Shown: positions 29,212 through 39,913, counted from the stretch's first letter. The stretch is 64,000 nucleotides of DNA from Treponemataceae bacterium (GCA_963678065.2 CAXXVZ010000004.1:544001-608000); one strand, 5' to 3'. Notes: generated by a model from the letters alone, not told the origin. Numbers and translations: made by a program.

Positions 29212-29787
29212 ATGAGTATCAGAGCGAAAACAAACCGGACAGTGCGCGTGACTATGATCGCCGTCGTTCTTGGCATGGCTGCTTTTACTTCTGTCGCCGC
29301 CCAGAGTTCCGGTACAAAGAAAGCCACTCTCAACATCCAGCTCACCGGCATCGTTCCCCGCGTCCTCCGGATGGATCTCGACTTCAGCTCCTCCGGCTCG
29401 GTGGCCATCATCGGCACGATCGGCGGCGGGTCCGCCCGCCCTGGCATGGTCGACCTCTCCGGAAGCGGAACGGCCACGCTCGGAACCGCAAGAATCTTCG
29501 GAAACATCAGTGGCAGCTGTGTCGTCTCGGTTTCTTCCGAGAATGGCGGCAAGCTCCGGGGGCAGACGCCCGGCAACACAGCCGAGTTCGGATACAGGAT
29601 CATCCTGGCGGGAAACAGTTATGACCTGTCCCACGGCAGCGCGAACTACACCAGGGCCGGTTTCACGGGCGATGCAGGGGCTCTCGTTCCCGTCGCGATC
29701 GCGTATTCCGGCCTCGACGGGAGGCCCGCGCCCGAGATCGCCGACCGCTACACCGACAGCATCATGTTTTCCCTGGCGTCGAATTGA
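29212..29787 (+). CDS. secreted beta-rich hypothetical protein, pilin/SCPU-like
   Basis: Signal peptide ending in VAA; alternating beta-strand pattern; C-terminus ADRYTDSIMFSLASN resembles the GxYxDxxxxx terminal strand of chaperone-usher pilins. Confidence 0.55.
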   Translation: MSIRAKTNRTVRVTMIAVVLGMAAFTSVAAQSSGTKKATLNIQLTGIVPRVLRMDLDFSSSGSVAIIGTIGGGSARPGMVDLSGSGTATLGTARIFGNISGSCVVSVSSENGGKLRGQTPGNTAEFGYRIILAGNSYDLSHGSANYTRAGFTGDAGALVPVAIAYSGLDGRPAPEIADRYTDSIMFSLASN

Positions 29788-30976
29788 CAGCCTGCCGGCG
29801 CGAAAAACCAGCAACGGATAACCCAATGACACCGAGAAGGAGACTTGTCGTGAAAAAGACCGCCGGGTAGCCGGCGGTCGTGGCAATCACCGCGCCGGCG
29901 GCTGGGCCGAAAGCCATTCCGGCGTTCGAAACGGAGGAGGAAAGCCCATAGGTCGATCCCTGTTTGGTTTTGTCGCAGATATTGGCTATGAGGGCATTCA
30001 CGGTCGGCATCGTGCCGCCCATGAAGAAACCTGACAAGCTCCTGAACACGAGAAGCTGCCAGGGTTCCGTGGCGAACCCTTGTGGTATGTAAAAAACACA
30101 GGATCCGATAATACAGAAAAAAAGTGACCTTCCGTATCCGAACCGTTGGGAGATCTTGCCGACGGTGACGGCCCCGAGCGCGCCGGCCGCGGATGCTACC
30201 CCTATTATTATGCCCGAGAGGGATCCCGTCCCGGTCTGGCCACCCTTCATGTACATCACGATGAGGGGCATGAGCTGTCCGGCTATAGAATTGGCAAACT
30301 GGACCCCGAAAATCGCGAACATGAGCGGGATGAGCGCGGGACTGGCAGTCAGAACGCTGAGATCCGGCAAGGCGTTGCGCAGCACCGATCCGGACTTGGG
30401 CTTCGGGATGAAATCCTCGGTGATGTTCCGCATCGAGATCACCGCCGCGCTCGCCAGAAGAACAGCGGTCAGGAGAAAATTGATCCTGGAACCGGCCACA
30501 TCCGTCACGACGCCGCCGACGAGAGGACCCAGCGAATTCCCCATAAAGACAGCCATCTGCATGAGACCAAGGCGGTATCCCACTTCTTTCTGCGGTACGA
30601 TCCCCGCCGTCAGAACTGTCGCGGCGGCCACCGTGCCCGTGACGCATCCCTGCATGATCTTCAGCGCGAGGACCTGCCAGGGCGCCGTAGTCAGCGCGAG
30701 AAGTCCCATGATGAAAGCCCCGCCGATCATGGCGCGGAGCAACATGAGTTTGCGTCCATAGCTGTCCGCGAGACTTCCCCAGATGGGCGCGAAAACAGCG
30801 AGAGCGAGAGAAGCGAATCCGCTGATGGCTCCCGTCCACCAATTGAGCCGGGCCCTGTCCAGCACGCCGAGTTCCTTGAGGTAGAGGGGTATTATCGGGT
30901 TCGATGTGGCAAATCCCATGATCGCGATGAATTCCGCGAACCAGAGGGCGTTAAATGATCTCCTCCATTTCTCCAT
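29762..30976 (-). CDS. MFS transporter, DHA1/MdtG-like
   Basis: PIWGSLADSYGRKLMLLRA (motif A) and GPLVGG; about 12 TM segments. Confidence 0.9.
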   Translation of the reverse strand: MEKWRRSFNALWFAEFIAIMGFATSNPIIPLYLKELGVLDRARLNWWTGAISGFASLALAVFAPIWGSLADSYGRKLMLLRAMIGGAFIMGLLALTTAPWQVLALKIMQGCVTGTVAAATVLTAGIVPQKEVGYRLGLMQMAVFMGNSLGPLVGGVVTDVAGSRINFLLTAVLLASAAVISMRNITEDFIPKPKSGSVLRNALPDLSVLTASPALIPLMFAIFGVQFANSIAGQLMPLIVMYMKGGQTGTGSLSGIIIGVASAAGALGAVTVGKISQRFGYGRSLFFCIIGSCVFYIPQGFATEPWQLLVFRSLSGFFMGGTMPTVNALIANICDKTKQGSTYGLSSSVSNAGMAFGPAAGAVIATTAGYPAVFFTTSLLLGVIGLSVAGFSRRQAVNSTPGKT

Positions 30977-31100
30977 GGTCCCCGATACTATACGGCAGAA
31001 GGGGAAAGGGCAACACACAGGGACGGTCAGACAGAAAGGCTCTGCCCTGAAGCTTCCATCCCGCCCGGAGACATCGTATAGTCTTCAGGCGGAGGACTGC

Positions 31101-31517
31101 ATGAAACACGAGATACACTGTGTGTGGAAGGGCGATATGACCTTCGAGGCCGATGTATCGGGCCACAAGGTACTTCTCGACGTGCCCGGAGAAGACGGGA
31201 GCCCGGGCTCCGGCCCCTCGCCCAAAAAGCTTCTCCTCGCGGCCCTCGCCGGTTGTACGGGAATGGACATCGTCTCCATCCTGAAAAAGATGCGCGAGCC
31301 GCTCACGTGGTTCGACATGCAGGTTTCGGGCGAGGTCGCCGATGAGCACCCGAAGCGCTACACCACGTACTCCATCACATACCGCTTTCTCGCGTCGGAC
31401 AATCTCGGCCGCGAAAACGTCATCAGGGCCGCGAGCCTCTCGATGGACAAATACTGCGGCGTCAGCGCCTCCCTGAGTCCGGGCGCGCCCGTAGAGTGGG
31501 CTATAGAGTTCATCTGA
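31101..31517 (+). CDS. OsmC family protein
   Basis: GPSPKKLLLAALAGCTGMD...KYCGVSASL; GGAGG RBS. Confidence 0.92.
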   Translation: MKHEIHCVWKGDMTFEADVSGHKVLLDVPGEDGSPGSGPSPKKLLLAALAGCTGMDIVSILKKMREPLTWFDMQVSGEVADEHPKRYTTYSITYRFLASDNLGRENVIRAASLSMDKYCGVSASLSPGAPVEWAIEFI

Positions 31518-31526
31518 TCGCCCGGC

Positions 31527-32687
31527 CTATATTCTCGACCTCATGACGGCGGCGAGTTCCCCGGAGGAGAGAGCGATGATGGCGTTTCTGTTACTGACAA
31601 CAGCTGCCACACTATCTATCTCTTTTTCCCTTACGCCATAGGCACCGAGTCTTTCGATCCCGGACTCCACGGTCCAGCGCCCAAGCAGGTCGACAAGATC
31701 GCCGGCCACGGCCCCTCTGCGCGCGCAGAGGATTTCCGCGGCTGTGGCCATGCGGGAGAGCAGGCTCTGTGCGATCTCACGTGGCGCCGACTCCGCCTTC
31801 GCGGCGATGGCGGCCAGGGTTGCAGCGAGGAGTGTCCCGCAGGCGACGCCATGCGGGATCGGATGCAAGCTTCCGAGAACTCCGGCCATTCCATGCACGA
31901 CGCCGAGGTCGGCATTGGCGAGGGTGATTCCCGACAGGTATGCCGCGTAGGCCATGTCCATCCGCGCGTCCACATTTCCCGGCTCGACGAGGACAGTGAG
32001 AAAGGAGGAAGCGATATGGCCGAGCCCCGACAGGGCGAGGGCGTCGGTGAAAGGGCTGGCCGCCCGCGACATCCACGACTCGAGGAGTTGGGTGAGCGCG
32101 TCCATGCCGGAGGCGGCGCTGACGGTCCTGGGGCAGGACAGCTGCAGCTCGGGATCGAGAAAAACCTTGTCAGGGACGAAGTTGTCGTGACGTATCGACT
32201 TCTTGAACCCGCCCTCCCCCGGTCGGGAAAGTACGGCGTTCGTCGTCGCCTCGCTGCCGGTGCCGGCAGTCGTCGGCACGCAGACGAGTGGAAGCCTGCG
32301 GCCATCGGGCTTGCGGGAGCCGACAGTCTCAAGGTAGTCGAATATGGAACCTTCGAGGCAGGCTCCCGCGGCGGAGGCCTTGCCCGCGTCCATGACCGAT
32401 CCTCCTCCGATGGCGAGGATGCCGTCGAAGCCGTCCGACTTCACTGCAGAGGAAATCGCGTCGACGTTTTCGGGGGAGGGCTCGCCAGAAACCACGGCGT
32501 GGCCGAAGGCGATGCCGGCAGCGGCGAGCCCTGCCTCTATCCGGGGACGCAGGGGTTCGTCGGCGAAATGGCTGCCTGTCACGATCATCGCGCGCGCAAC
32601 CCCGAGAGAACGGAGTGCGGCGGGGATGCCGGAAACGCAGCCGGCTCCGGCTTGGAGGGCGGGTACTCTCAGGTTCGCGAATTTCAT
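31527..32687 (-). CDS. iron-containing alcohol dehydrogenase
   Basis: GEPS, AIGGGSVMDAGK, VPTTAGTGSEAT and GVVHG...PHG motifs. Confidence 0.92.
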   Translation of the reverse strand: MKFANLRVPALQAGAGCVSGIPAALRSLGVARAMIVTGSHFADEPLRPRIEAGLAAAGIAFGHAVVSGEPSPENVDAISSAVKSDGFDGILAIGGGSVMDAGKASAAGACLEGSIFDYLETVGSRKPDGRRLPLVCVPTTAGTGSEATTNAVLSRPGEGGFKKSIRHDNFVPDKVFLDPELQLSCPRTVSAASGMDALTQLLESWMSRAASPFTDALALSGLGHIASSFLTVLVEPGNVDARMDMAYAAYLSGITLANADLGVVHGMAGVLGSLHPIPHGVACGTLLAATLAAIAAKAESAPREIAQSLLSRMATAAEILCARRGAVAGDLVDLLGRWTVESGIERLGAYGVREKEIDSVAAVVSNRNAIIALSSGELAAVMRSRI

Positions 32688-33013
32688 AGGCACATCTCCT
32701 CGACGATCGGGCAGGCTTCACTCCCTTCCCAATTCCTTCTATATCTTTTTTATGATACCGGAAAACACGGGGACAGTGCAGCGGTCTTTCGGTCTCCATC
32801 GGGTAGTTGAATCACAGCATAAATTGCACTATACTGGATATAGATTAATGGTTTTCCGAAAAACGGGGGAAAACCGCACGGCTTTCAACTGGGATTGTCC
32901 CTGGTGGCGATTCATCGTCCCATGCGGACCATGATACAAAAAAACCCAAGGGACAGCTCATAAAAGCCCACACGACAGGGCAATCCAAGGTAACAGGAGA
33001 GGTAGGGACCCAC

Positions 33014-35107
33014 ATGGCCAATGATATCCACCTGATGCGCAATATCGGCATCAGCGCGCACATCGACTCGGGCAAGACCACGCTTTCCGAGCGTATTCTT
33101 TTCTACTGCAACAAGATTCACGCCATCCACGAAGTGAAGGGCAAGGATGGGGCCGGAGCCACGATGGACTCCATGGACCTCGAACGCGAGCGCGGCATCA
33201 CCATCCAGTCCGCGGCCACCAATGTCCAGTGGAAAGACTTCAACATCAACCTGATCGACACACCCGGACACGTCGACTTCACCATCGAGGTCGAACGTTC
33301 CCTGCGCGTTCTCGACGGCGCCATCCTCGTCCTCTGCGCGGTCGGCGGAGTCCAGTCTCAGTCCATCACGGTAGACCGCCAGCTCAAGCGCTACCACGTT
33401 CCCCGCCTCGCCTTCATCAACAAGTGCGACCGGACCGGGGCCAATCCCTTCAAAGTCAAGGCCCAACTCAACGAGAAGCTCGGACTGAACCCAGTCTTCA
33501 TGACCCTCCCCATCGGCCTCGAGGACAAGCTTGAGGGCATCATCGACCTCATCGAAATGAAGGCCATATACTTCGACGGGGACGCCGGCACCGAGCTCCG
33601 CTACGCCGAGATTCCCGGCCACCTCATCGCCGATGCCGAGCGCTACCGCGAGGAGCTCATCGACTCCGCCTCCCTGTTCTCGGACGAGCTCGCCGAAGCC
33701 TACCTCGAAGGCGAAGTCAGCAACGACATGATAGTCCGCGCCGTGCGCACAGGCTGCATCGCCGAGCAGCTCGTGCCAGTCTTCGTCGGCTCTGCCTACA
33801 AGAACAAGGGCGTCCAGATCCTCCTGGACGGCGTCGCGAGCTACCTGCCCGACCCCACCGAAGTCAAAAACGTCGCCCTCGACCTCGACGACGGCGAGAA
33901 GGAAATCATCCTCGCCCCCGATCCTGCCGCCAAGACCGTCGCCCTCGGCTTCAAGCTCGAGGACGGCCAGTACGGCCAGCTCACCTACGTGCGCATCTAC
34001 CAGGGCGACCTCCACAAGGGATCGGAACTCTACAACACCCGCTCGCGCAAGCGCTTCAAGGTCGGCCGCCTCGTGCGCATGCACGCCAACACCATGGAAG
34101 ACATCACCCAGGGCGAGTGCGGCGATATCGTCGCGCTCTTCGGGATCGAATGCGCCTCCGGCGACACCTTCTGCCACCCCGACCTCAATGTGGCCATGAC
34201 CTCCATGTACGTTCCCGAGCCGGTCATCTCCCTCGCCATCGAGCCCAAGGACAAGAAGTCCTCCGACCAGATGGGAAAGGCCCTCAACAGGTTCACCAAG
34301 GAGGATCCCACCTTCCAGACCTTCGTCGACCCCGAGTCCAACCAGACCATAATCAAAGGCATGGGCGAACTCCACCTCGAAGTCTACATCGAGCGCATGA
34401 AGCGCGAGTACAAGTGCGAGGTCGAGGTGGGAATGCCCCAGGTAGCCTACCGCGAGGCCATCACCCAGCGCGCGGACTTCAACTACACGCACAAGAAACA
34501 GACGGGCGGTTCCGGTCAGTACGGCCGCGTAGCCGGCTTCATCGAGCCGGCTACGGAAAAAAACTACGAGTTCGTCAACATGGTCAAGGGCGGCGCCATC
34601 CCCAACGAGTTCATCCCCAGCTGCGAGAAGGGATTCAAGGCTGCCCTCGAGAAGGGTTCCCTCATCGGATTCCCCATCGTCAACACGAAGTGCGTGGTGA
34701 ACGACGGGCAGAGCCATGCCGTGGACTCCTCGGACATCGCCTTCCAGCTCGCCGCGATCGGCGCCTTCCGCGAAGCCTACCTCAAGGCCAAACCCGTCAT
34801 CCTCGAACCCATCATGAAGGTGGCCATCGAGGGACCGACAGAGTTCCAGGGAAACATCTTCGGCACTATCAACCAGCGCCGCGGCCTCATCACCTCGAGC
34901 ACGGAAGACGGCACCTTCTGCAAGGTCGAAGCCGAGGTCCCGCTCTCCGAAATGTTCGGCTTCTCCACCATCCTGCGCTCCCTGACCCAGGGCAAGGCCG
35001 AATTCAGCATGGAGTTCGAGAAATACGGCAGGGTGCCGACTTCGGTTTCCGAGCAGCTCCGCAAGGACTATGAAGACAAGCGCAGGAAAGAGCAACAGCA
35101 GAGATAA
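33014..35107 (+). CDS. fusA: elongation factor G (spirochaete/mitochondrial EF-G1 type)
   Basis: [42 protein letters not shown] and [11 protein letters not shown] motifs; not flanked by rpsL/rpsG/tuf. Confidence 0.97.
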   Translation: MANDIHLMRNIGISAHIDSGKTTLSERILFYCNKIHAIHEVKGKDGAGATMDSMDLERERGITIQSAATNVQWKDFNINLIDTPGHVDFTIEVERSLRVLDGAILVLCAVGGVQSQSITVDRQLKRYHVPRLAFINKCDRTGANPFKVKAQLNEKLGLNPVFMTLPIGLEDKLEGIIDLIEMKAIYFDGDAGTELRYAEIPGHLIADAERYREELIDSASLFSDELAEAYLEGEVSNDMIVRAVRTGCIAEQLVPVFVGSAYKNKGVQILLDGVASYLPDPTEVKNVALDLDDGEKEIILAPDPAAKTVALGFKLEDGQYGQLTYVRIYQGDLHKGSELYNTRSRKRFKVGRLVRMHANTMEDITQGECGDIVALFGIECASGDTFCHPDLNVAMTSMYVPEPVISLAIEPKDKKSSDQMGKALNRFTKEDPTFQTFVDPESNQTIIKGMGELHLEVYIERMKREYKCEVEVGMPQVAYREAITQRADFNYTHKKQTGGSGQYGRVAGFIEPATEKNYEFVNMVKGGAIPNEFIPSCEKGFKAALEKGSLIGFPIVNTKCVVNDGQSHAVDSSDIAFQLAAIGAFREAYLKAKPVILEPIMKVAIEGPTEFQGNIFGTINQRRGLITSSTEDGTFCKVEAEVPLSEMFGFSTILRSLTQGKAEFSMEFEKYGRVPTSVSEQLRKDYEDKRRKEQQQR

Positions 35108-35125
35108 AGCATAGTCGATGAAACG

Positions 35126-35182
35126 ATCCGGGGAAGGACGTAAGGCGCACTACCTTTTTATGTCTTTCTCCGGATTTTCTTT
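35126..35182 (+). terminator. stem-loop downstream of fusA
   Basis: ATCCGGGGAAGGAC...GTCTTTCTCCGGAT followed by a T-rich stretch. Confidence 0.5.
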
Positions 35183-35282
35183 GATCGAAACCGAAAACAC
35201 TACTATACTGGAAATGAGAGCGCGGCTGTTCCGATCCTGAAGATCAGCGGCCGACCGCATCCTCCACAGAAAAGGAGTTCCC

Positions 35283-35990
35283 ATGCTGAAAGAGGAGCTT
35301 ATCGCCAAGAGTCCTGTGCGCCTTCTGGAGCAATCCATCGAAGGCGGTCTGAAAGCAGGCAATATTGGCGTCATCGCAAGCCGCAAAGGCATCGGCAAGA
35401 CAAGCGTACTCGTCCAGCTCGCACTGGACGAGCTCATGCAGGGCAAGAAGGTCATCCACGTTTCCTTCTCCGCGCATACAAGCTATGTTATTGCTTGGTA
35501 TGAGAATATTTTTTCAGAACTCGCCAAGAGGCGCAATCTCGAAAACCTGGGCGACATAAAGGACGAACTCGTAAAGAACCGGGTGATCATGAACTTTGCC
35601 CAGGAAGGCGTGGCCATCAGCCAGATCCTGCGCTCCCTCAAAGCCATGATCGTCGACGGCGGCTTCAAGGCTTCCACCCTCATCATCGACGGATTCGACT
35701 TCGCCCGGGCCACCCACGACCAGATCGCCGAAGTCAAGCGCTTCGCCGTAGAAATGGGCCTGGAAATCTGGTACTCCTCCACCCTCTTCGGCGAGGAACC
35801 CGTGCTCGACAAGAACAACATTCCCATCATCCTCCGCGAATACCTGGATCTTCTCTCCGTCCTCATCCTCCTCGAGCCCAAGGCCGAGTACATCCACTTC
35901 ACGGTGGTCAAGGATCATGACCGGATGAATCCCCAGGATCTCAAGCTCAAGCTCGACTCCAAGACCCTCCTCATCGCCGAGACGGTCTGA
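35283..35990 (+). CDS. RecA/KaiC/DnaB-fold P-loop protein (hypothetical)
   Basis: GGLKAGNIGVIASRKGIGKTS (Walker A-like), VIHVSF and TLIIDG (Walker B); AAGGAG RBS. Confidence 0.75.
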   Translation: MLKEELIAKSPVRLLEQSIEGGLKAGNIGVIASRKGIGKTSVLVQLALDELMQGKKVIHVSFSAHTSYVIAWYENIFSELAKRRNLENLGDIKDELVKNRVIMNFAQEGVAISQILRSLKAMIVDGGFKASTLIIDGFDFARATHDQIAEVKRFAVEMGLEIWYSSTLFGEEPVLDKNNIPIILREYLDLLSVLILLEPKAEYIHFTVVKDHDRMNPQDLKLKLDSKTLLIAETV

Positions 35991-36054
35991 TTTCTGAAAT
36001 GGACGGAGCCGCGAGGCTCTGCAGGCCTTCTCTGGGAACGGGAAGGAGAACAAA

Positions 36055-36097
36055 AGAGGCTGTCCGCGACGCGTGTCCGGACAGCCTCTCTCTTTTT
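36055..36097 (+). terminator. intrinsic terminator, probably bidirectional
   Basis: AGAGGCTGTCC/GGACAGCCTCT stem between convergent genes, flanked by A and T tracts. Confidence 0.7.
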
Positions 36098-36187
36098 ACC
36101 CGTTGACCGCGCGGGCTACGTTCCCGCGACTCGTGCAGGGCAGGAATAACGCGCGCGACTGGTCCGCGCAGCGCGGAAACATCGCTC

Positions 36188-37006
36188 TCAGTCTTCCTTG
36201 CAGAACAAAATTTCGGCCCCCGCGGCCAGGCGTGATGCGGGAAGGCCGACTTCACCCCCGAGCAGGCGATCGAGTATCGCAGCCTTGTCTCTGCCCCGCA
36301 CGAGGAAGACCCTTTTCGTACTCGGAGAGGCCGACAAGGCCCGGTACGTGAGAGTCATTCTCCTGTGAGGAGCAAGAGGGGAAAGCGAGGGAGCGGCGAG
36401 GCGGAGCTTTTCGTCGAGGACAGGTTCGCCAGGGAAGAGGCTCGCCGTGTGGCCATCAGCGCCGAGACCGAGGAGGACAAGGTCGAAGACGGGATCGACG
36501 CCGAGCTTCTCGCGCAGCAGGGAAGCGTAGGACTCGCAGGCCGCATCGATCCTGCGAACGGGATCGACCTCGCGCGAGTCGACCTTGTCTCTGCTGCGGT
36601 CGGAATGGGCTCTGTCATCCGGTTTGTTGCCCGCTTCTTCGGCCGGATCGATTTCAGGCCAGAGAAGGAGTTCGGGCCGGGGCGACCATACGCAATTCTC
36701 CCAGGCGCGCGCGATGGACATCCCGTTTCGCGCCGGATCATCGGCGGGGACAACCCTCTCGTCGCCGGGCCAGAGGCGGACTCTGATTCCACGGAAAGCC
36801 CCTGCGAGTTCCGGGTCGACCGACAGGTCGGCATAGACCGCGAGGGGCGTCGATCCCCCGGCGAGGCAGATATCGATGGATCCGGTGCCGGACAAAGGGG
36901 CCATACGGTCTGACACCCGGGACTCGGCGAGGCTGGCCGTGTGGAGAAATACCTCCCGTATCGCCTGGTACCACGAGTCCCGGTCGGGGAAGGTGCGCAG
37001 GTTCAT
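36188..37006 (-). CDS. pgl: 6-phosphogluconolactonase
   Basis: LAGGSTP, GDER, LGLGADGHTASLFP and RMTLT motifs; overlaps the zwf stop. Confidence 0.9.
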   Translation of the reverse strand: MNLRTFPDRDSWYQAIREVFLHTASLAESRVSDRMAPLSGTGSIDICLAGGSTPLAVYADLSVDPELAGAFRGIRVRLWPGDERVVPADDPARNGMSIARAWENCVWSPRPELLLWPEIDPAEEAGNKPDDRAHSDRSRDKVDSREVDPVRRIDAACESYASLLREKLGVDPVFDLVLLGLGADGHTASLFPGEPVLDEKLRLAAPSLSPLAPHRRMTLTYRALSASPSTKRVFLVRGRDKAAILDRLLGGEVGLPASRLAAGAEILFCKED

Positions 37007-38616
37007 GACCGCGTACGGTGGGAGCCAGGCAGGTCGAGAGGAGGAGATCCGGCGGGGTACTGGATGAGCGGGACATCGGCCGCTCCCGCCCAGGCCGCCT
37101 CCAAGGCATCCACGACCCGCCAGGCCTCGTCCGATTCGTCCGACCTGATGAACAGGGTCGAATCTCCTGCCAGCGCGTCAGCGATGAGCCTCTCGTAGGC
37201 CTCGGGAACATGCTCCCTGCCCGCGGAGCCCGAGAAGCTCAGATTGCCGAGCCGGATTCGCGAGGCTCCGGGGACCTTGCCGTTGAAGGATAGACAGACG
37301 TCGTCGTCGGGCTGGATGCGGACGATCAACCTGTTGGGCGCGAGCCGGTCCCCGCAGTGGGCGGCAAATAAGGTCGCCGGCGGTCTCTTGAAATTCACCG
37401 TGATCTCGCTCGAGACACGGTCGAGGGCCTTGCCCGTCCTTAGCGTGATCGGAACGCCGGAAAAGCGCCAGTTGTCGAGCTCGATCCTGAGACCCGCAAA
37501 GGTTTCGGTCATGGAATCGGCCGCGACTTTCTCTTCCTCGCGGTAGCCGCGCACTGCGGGAGCCTGGTCCCCTGCTGAAATGGGAGACCGGGAAGAGGCC
37601 GCATACTGCCCGCGCACCGATCTCGCGACGAAAGCCGGCGGGTCGTAGTCGGGTATCGCCTTCAGAACCTTCACCTTCTCGTCGCGGATGGCTTCCGGAT
37701 CGAGGCTGGAGGGCGGCTCCATGGCGATGAGGCAGAGGAGCTGGACGAGGTGGTTCTGCAGCATGTCGCGCGCGGCGCCCGCGGTGTCGTAGTAGCCTCC
37801 GCGGGAACCGATGCCGCTCGTCTCGAAGACGTCGATATCGATGGATTCGATGTGGTTCCGATTCCACAGGGGCTCGAAAATAGCGTTGGCGAAGCGGAGG
37901 TAGAGAAGGTTCTGCACCGTCTCCTTGCCGAGATAATGGTCGATGCGGAAAATGTCTTTTTCCCTGAATCGCTCCTGGAGGTGGCGGCTCAGCCGTCTCG
38001 AACTCTCCCTGTCGCGCCCGAAGGGCTTTTCGACGATGAGCCTGCGCCCTCCCGTCCCTGCGGCGCGATCGCTGTCGCCGTATGGCGCGCCTGTCGGCGC
38101 CGTGTCCCGCTCGGTCTCTTCACCGGCGGCGCCAGCGGTGCCCGTGCCCAGGCCAGCGCGTGCGAGCATGTCGGCTATCGTCGCGAAGAGGTCGGGGCCG
38201 ACCGCGAGATAGAAGAGTGCGTTGGCCGGCATGCCCGGCCGCGCGAGGAGAAAGGCGAGCCTCCTGTAGGCCGTGGGGTCCGAGAGATCTCCCTGTATAT
38301 AGGAGGTGGTCTTTCCGAGAGAATCGAGTGTCGCCTCTCCGGTAGCGGAGCGGGAGGGGAGCTTGCGCGAGAATTTTCGGCAGGAGTCCTTGAATACCGA
38401 CCTGAAATTCTCGTCGTCCCACTCGCGCCTGGCAAAACCGATTATGCGGGTACCAGCTGGAAGCAGACCATCCTCAGCCAAATTGTAGAGGGCGGGGAAT
38501 ATCTTGCGCATGGCGAGATCGCCCGTCGCCCCGAACACGACGATGCTGGCCGCCTCGGGCAGCAGCCCCGAATCTCCCAGGTCACATTCCTGATAGAAGT
38601 CGATGGATTCTTGCAT
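37003..38616 (-). CDS. zwf: glucose-6-phosphate 1-dehydrogenase
   Basis: FGATGDLA, EKPFG, RIDHYLGKETVQN, RDMLQNHL and AYERL motifs. Confidence 0.95.
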   Translation of the reverse strand: MQESIDFYQECDLGDSGLLPEAASIVVFGATGDLAMRKIFPALYNLAEDGLLPAGTRIIGFARREWDDENFRSVFKDSCRKFSRKLPSRSATGEATLDSLGKTTSYIQGDLSDPTAYRRLAFLLARPGMPANALFYLAVGPDLFATIADMLARAGLGTGTAGAAGEETERDTAPTGAPYGDSDRAAGTGGRRLIVEKPFGRDRESSRRLSRHLQERFREKDIFRIDHYLGKETVQNLLYLRFANAIFEPLWNRNHIESIDIDVFETSGIGSRGGYYDTAGAARDMLQNHLVQLLCLIAMEPPSSLDPEAIRDEKVKVLKAIPDYDPPAFVARSVRGQYAASSRSPISAGDQAPAVRGYREEEKVAADSMTETFAGLRIELDNWRFSGVPITLRTGKALDRVSSEITVNFKRPPATLFAAHCGDRLAPNRLIVRIQPDDDVCLSFNGKVPGASRIRLGNLSFSGSAGREHVPEAYERLIADALAGDSTLFIRSDESDEAWRVVDALEAAWAGAADVPLIQYPAGSPPLDLPGSHRTRS

Positions 38617-38631
38617 CGACTAAATATACAG

Positions 38632-39768
38632 TCATTTCCGCTGCGCCGGGTACCAATGGAACCACTGTTCTTCGGCTCCGTTGACGATGCGCTTTTCCGT
38701 CGTGGCACTGCGGCCGAAGAAGTGTCCGAAATCCTGGCGATTGGTCACGAAACCCAAGCCCCATCCATCGAAGCGCCTGTACAGCGCCCCAAGCCGCCTG
38801 TAGAGCTCTTCGGCCTCGGCCGGAGTGCCGAGTCGCTCCCCGTAAGGCGGATTGCAGATGAGGCTTCCGGAAGACGCGAAGGGCTCTGCGTCCTCGGCCT
38901 GGCCGGAACTGAATTCCAGAAGGTCGCCCACGCCGGCGAGCCGGGCGTTGACTTTTGCCGCCGCGATGGCGTCGGGATCGGCGTCGGAAGCCCTTATCCT
39001 GAGGTCGACATCCATCCGGACGGCGGCCCTCGCCTTTTCGCGCTCGCTCCCCGGGCCGCTCCCCGAGGCAAAAGGCATGGATTCCAGCAGGAATCGCCTG
39101 CCGAGGCCGGGGGCCATGTCCAGGGCGAAGAGCGCAGCCTCGATGGCCAGGGTACCCGAACCGCAGAAGGGGTCCAGGAAGGCCTGCCGCCGCGTCCAGC
39201 CTGCGAGGAGAAGCGCCCCGGCGGCCACAGTCTCCTTGAGGGGTGCGGGGCCCGTGGCGCGCCTGTATCCGCGCTTGTGCAGGGCGTCTCCGGAGGAGTC
39301 CACTCCGACCGTGCAGATGTCCTTGTCCAGATAGATGCGGATGCCGGCCGAGAAGCCCGTCTCGGGCAGGCGTTGAACCTTGTAGGCGCGGCCGAGCCTC
39401 TCGTAGATCGCCTTGTGGGCAATCGACTGGACGGCAGTCTGGGCCGAGAGCTTCGAGTCCTTTATCCTCACCCGCTCGATGACGGGCGCGCCGTCGGATT
39501 TGAAATACAGCTCCCAGGGAATTGCGCGGGCGGACTCGAAGAGCTCGTCGAAATCACGGGCAGGGAAGGTTCCGGCCTCAATGAGGACGCGTTCGGCCGT
39601 CCTCAGCCAGAGATTGGCGCGTTCGAGAGAGACCGCCGGATCCTCGCCGAGATCGAAGCGGACCCTTCCGGCTTCCCTTCCGGTCTCCGGAAGACCGATC
39701 CTTTTTAACTCGGCGGCGCAGACACGTTCGAGTCCCAGGGCACACAGCGCTATTCCGTTTCGGGGCAT
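38632..39768 (-). CDS. THUMP-domain class I SAM-dependent rRNA methyltransferase (RlmL-like)
   Basis: NLWLRTAERV, LHKRGYR, APLKETVAA, DPFCGSGT and NPPYG motifs. Confidence 0.9.
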   Translation of the reverse strand: MPRNGIALCALGLERVCAAELKRIGLPETGREAGRVRFDLGEDPAVSLERANLWLRTAERVLIEAGTFPARDFDELFESARAIPWELYFKSDGAPVIERVRIKDSKLSAQTAVQSIAHKAIYERLGRAYKVQRLPETGFSAGIRIYLDKDICTVGVDSSGDALHKRGYRRATGPAPLKETVAAGALLLAGWTRRQAFLDPFCGSGTLAIEAALFALDMAPGLGRRFLLESMPFASGSGPGSEREKARAAVRMDVDLRIRASDADPDAIAAAKVNARLAGVGDLLEFSSGQAEDAEPFASSGSLICNPPYGERLGTPAEAEELYRRLGALYRRFDGWGLGFVTNRQDFGHFFGRSATTEKRIVNGAEEQWFHWYPAQRK

Positions 39769-39913
39769 TTTCACGAGTGGCAGTATGCACCGGGACAGGA
39801 TTCGCAACAAGAGGCCGGGCGAACAGCAGGCGGCGAAGGCCACAGGACTGTCTGGTTTCCCATTCGGCATGAGGCGCTTTTCTTCGGATTTTTCTTCTTT
39901 TTCCCCGGATATA

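Noticed and set aside
32912..35095. 727-aa ORF antisense to fusA
   Set aside because: Shadow ORF caused by strong GC3 codon bias; no motifs, and it mirrors fusA.
37750..39708. 652-aa plus-strand ORF
   Set aside because: Antisense shadow of zwf and the methyltransferase.
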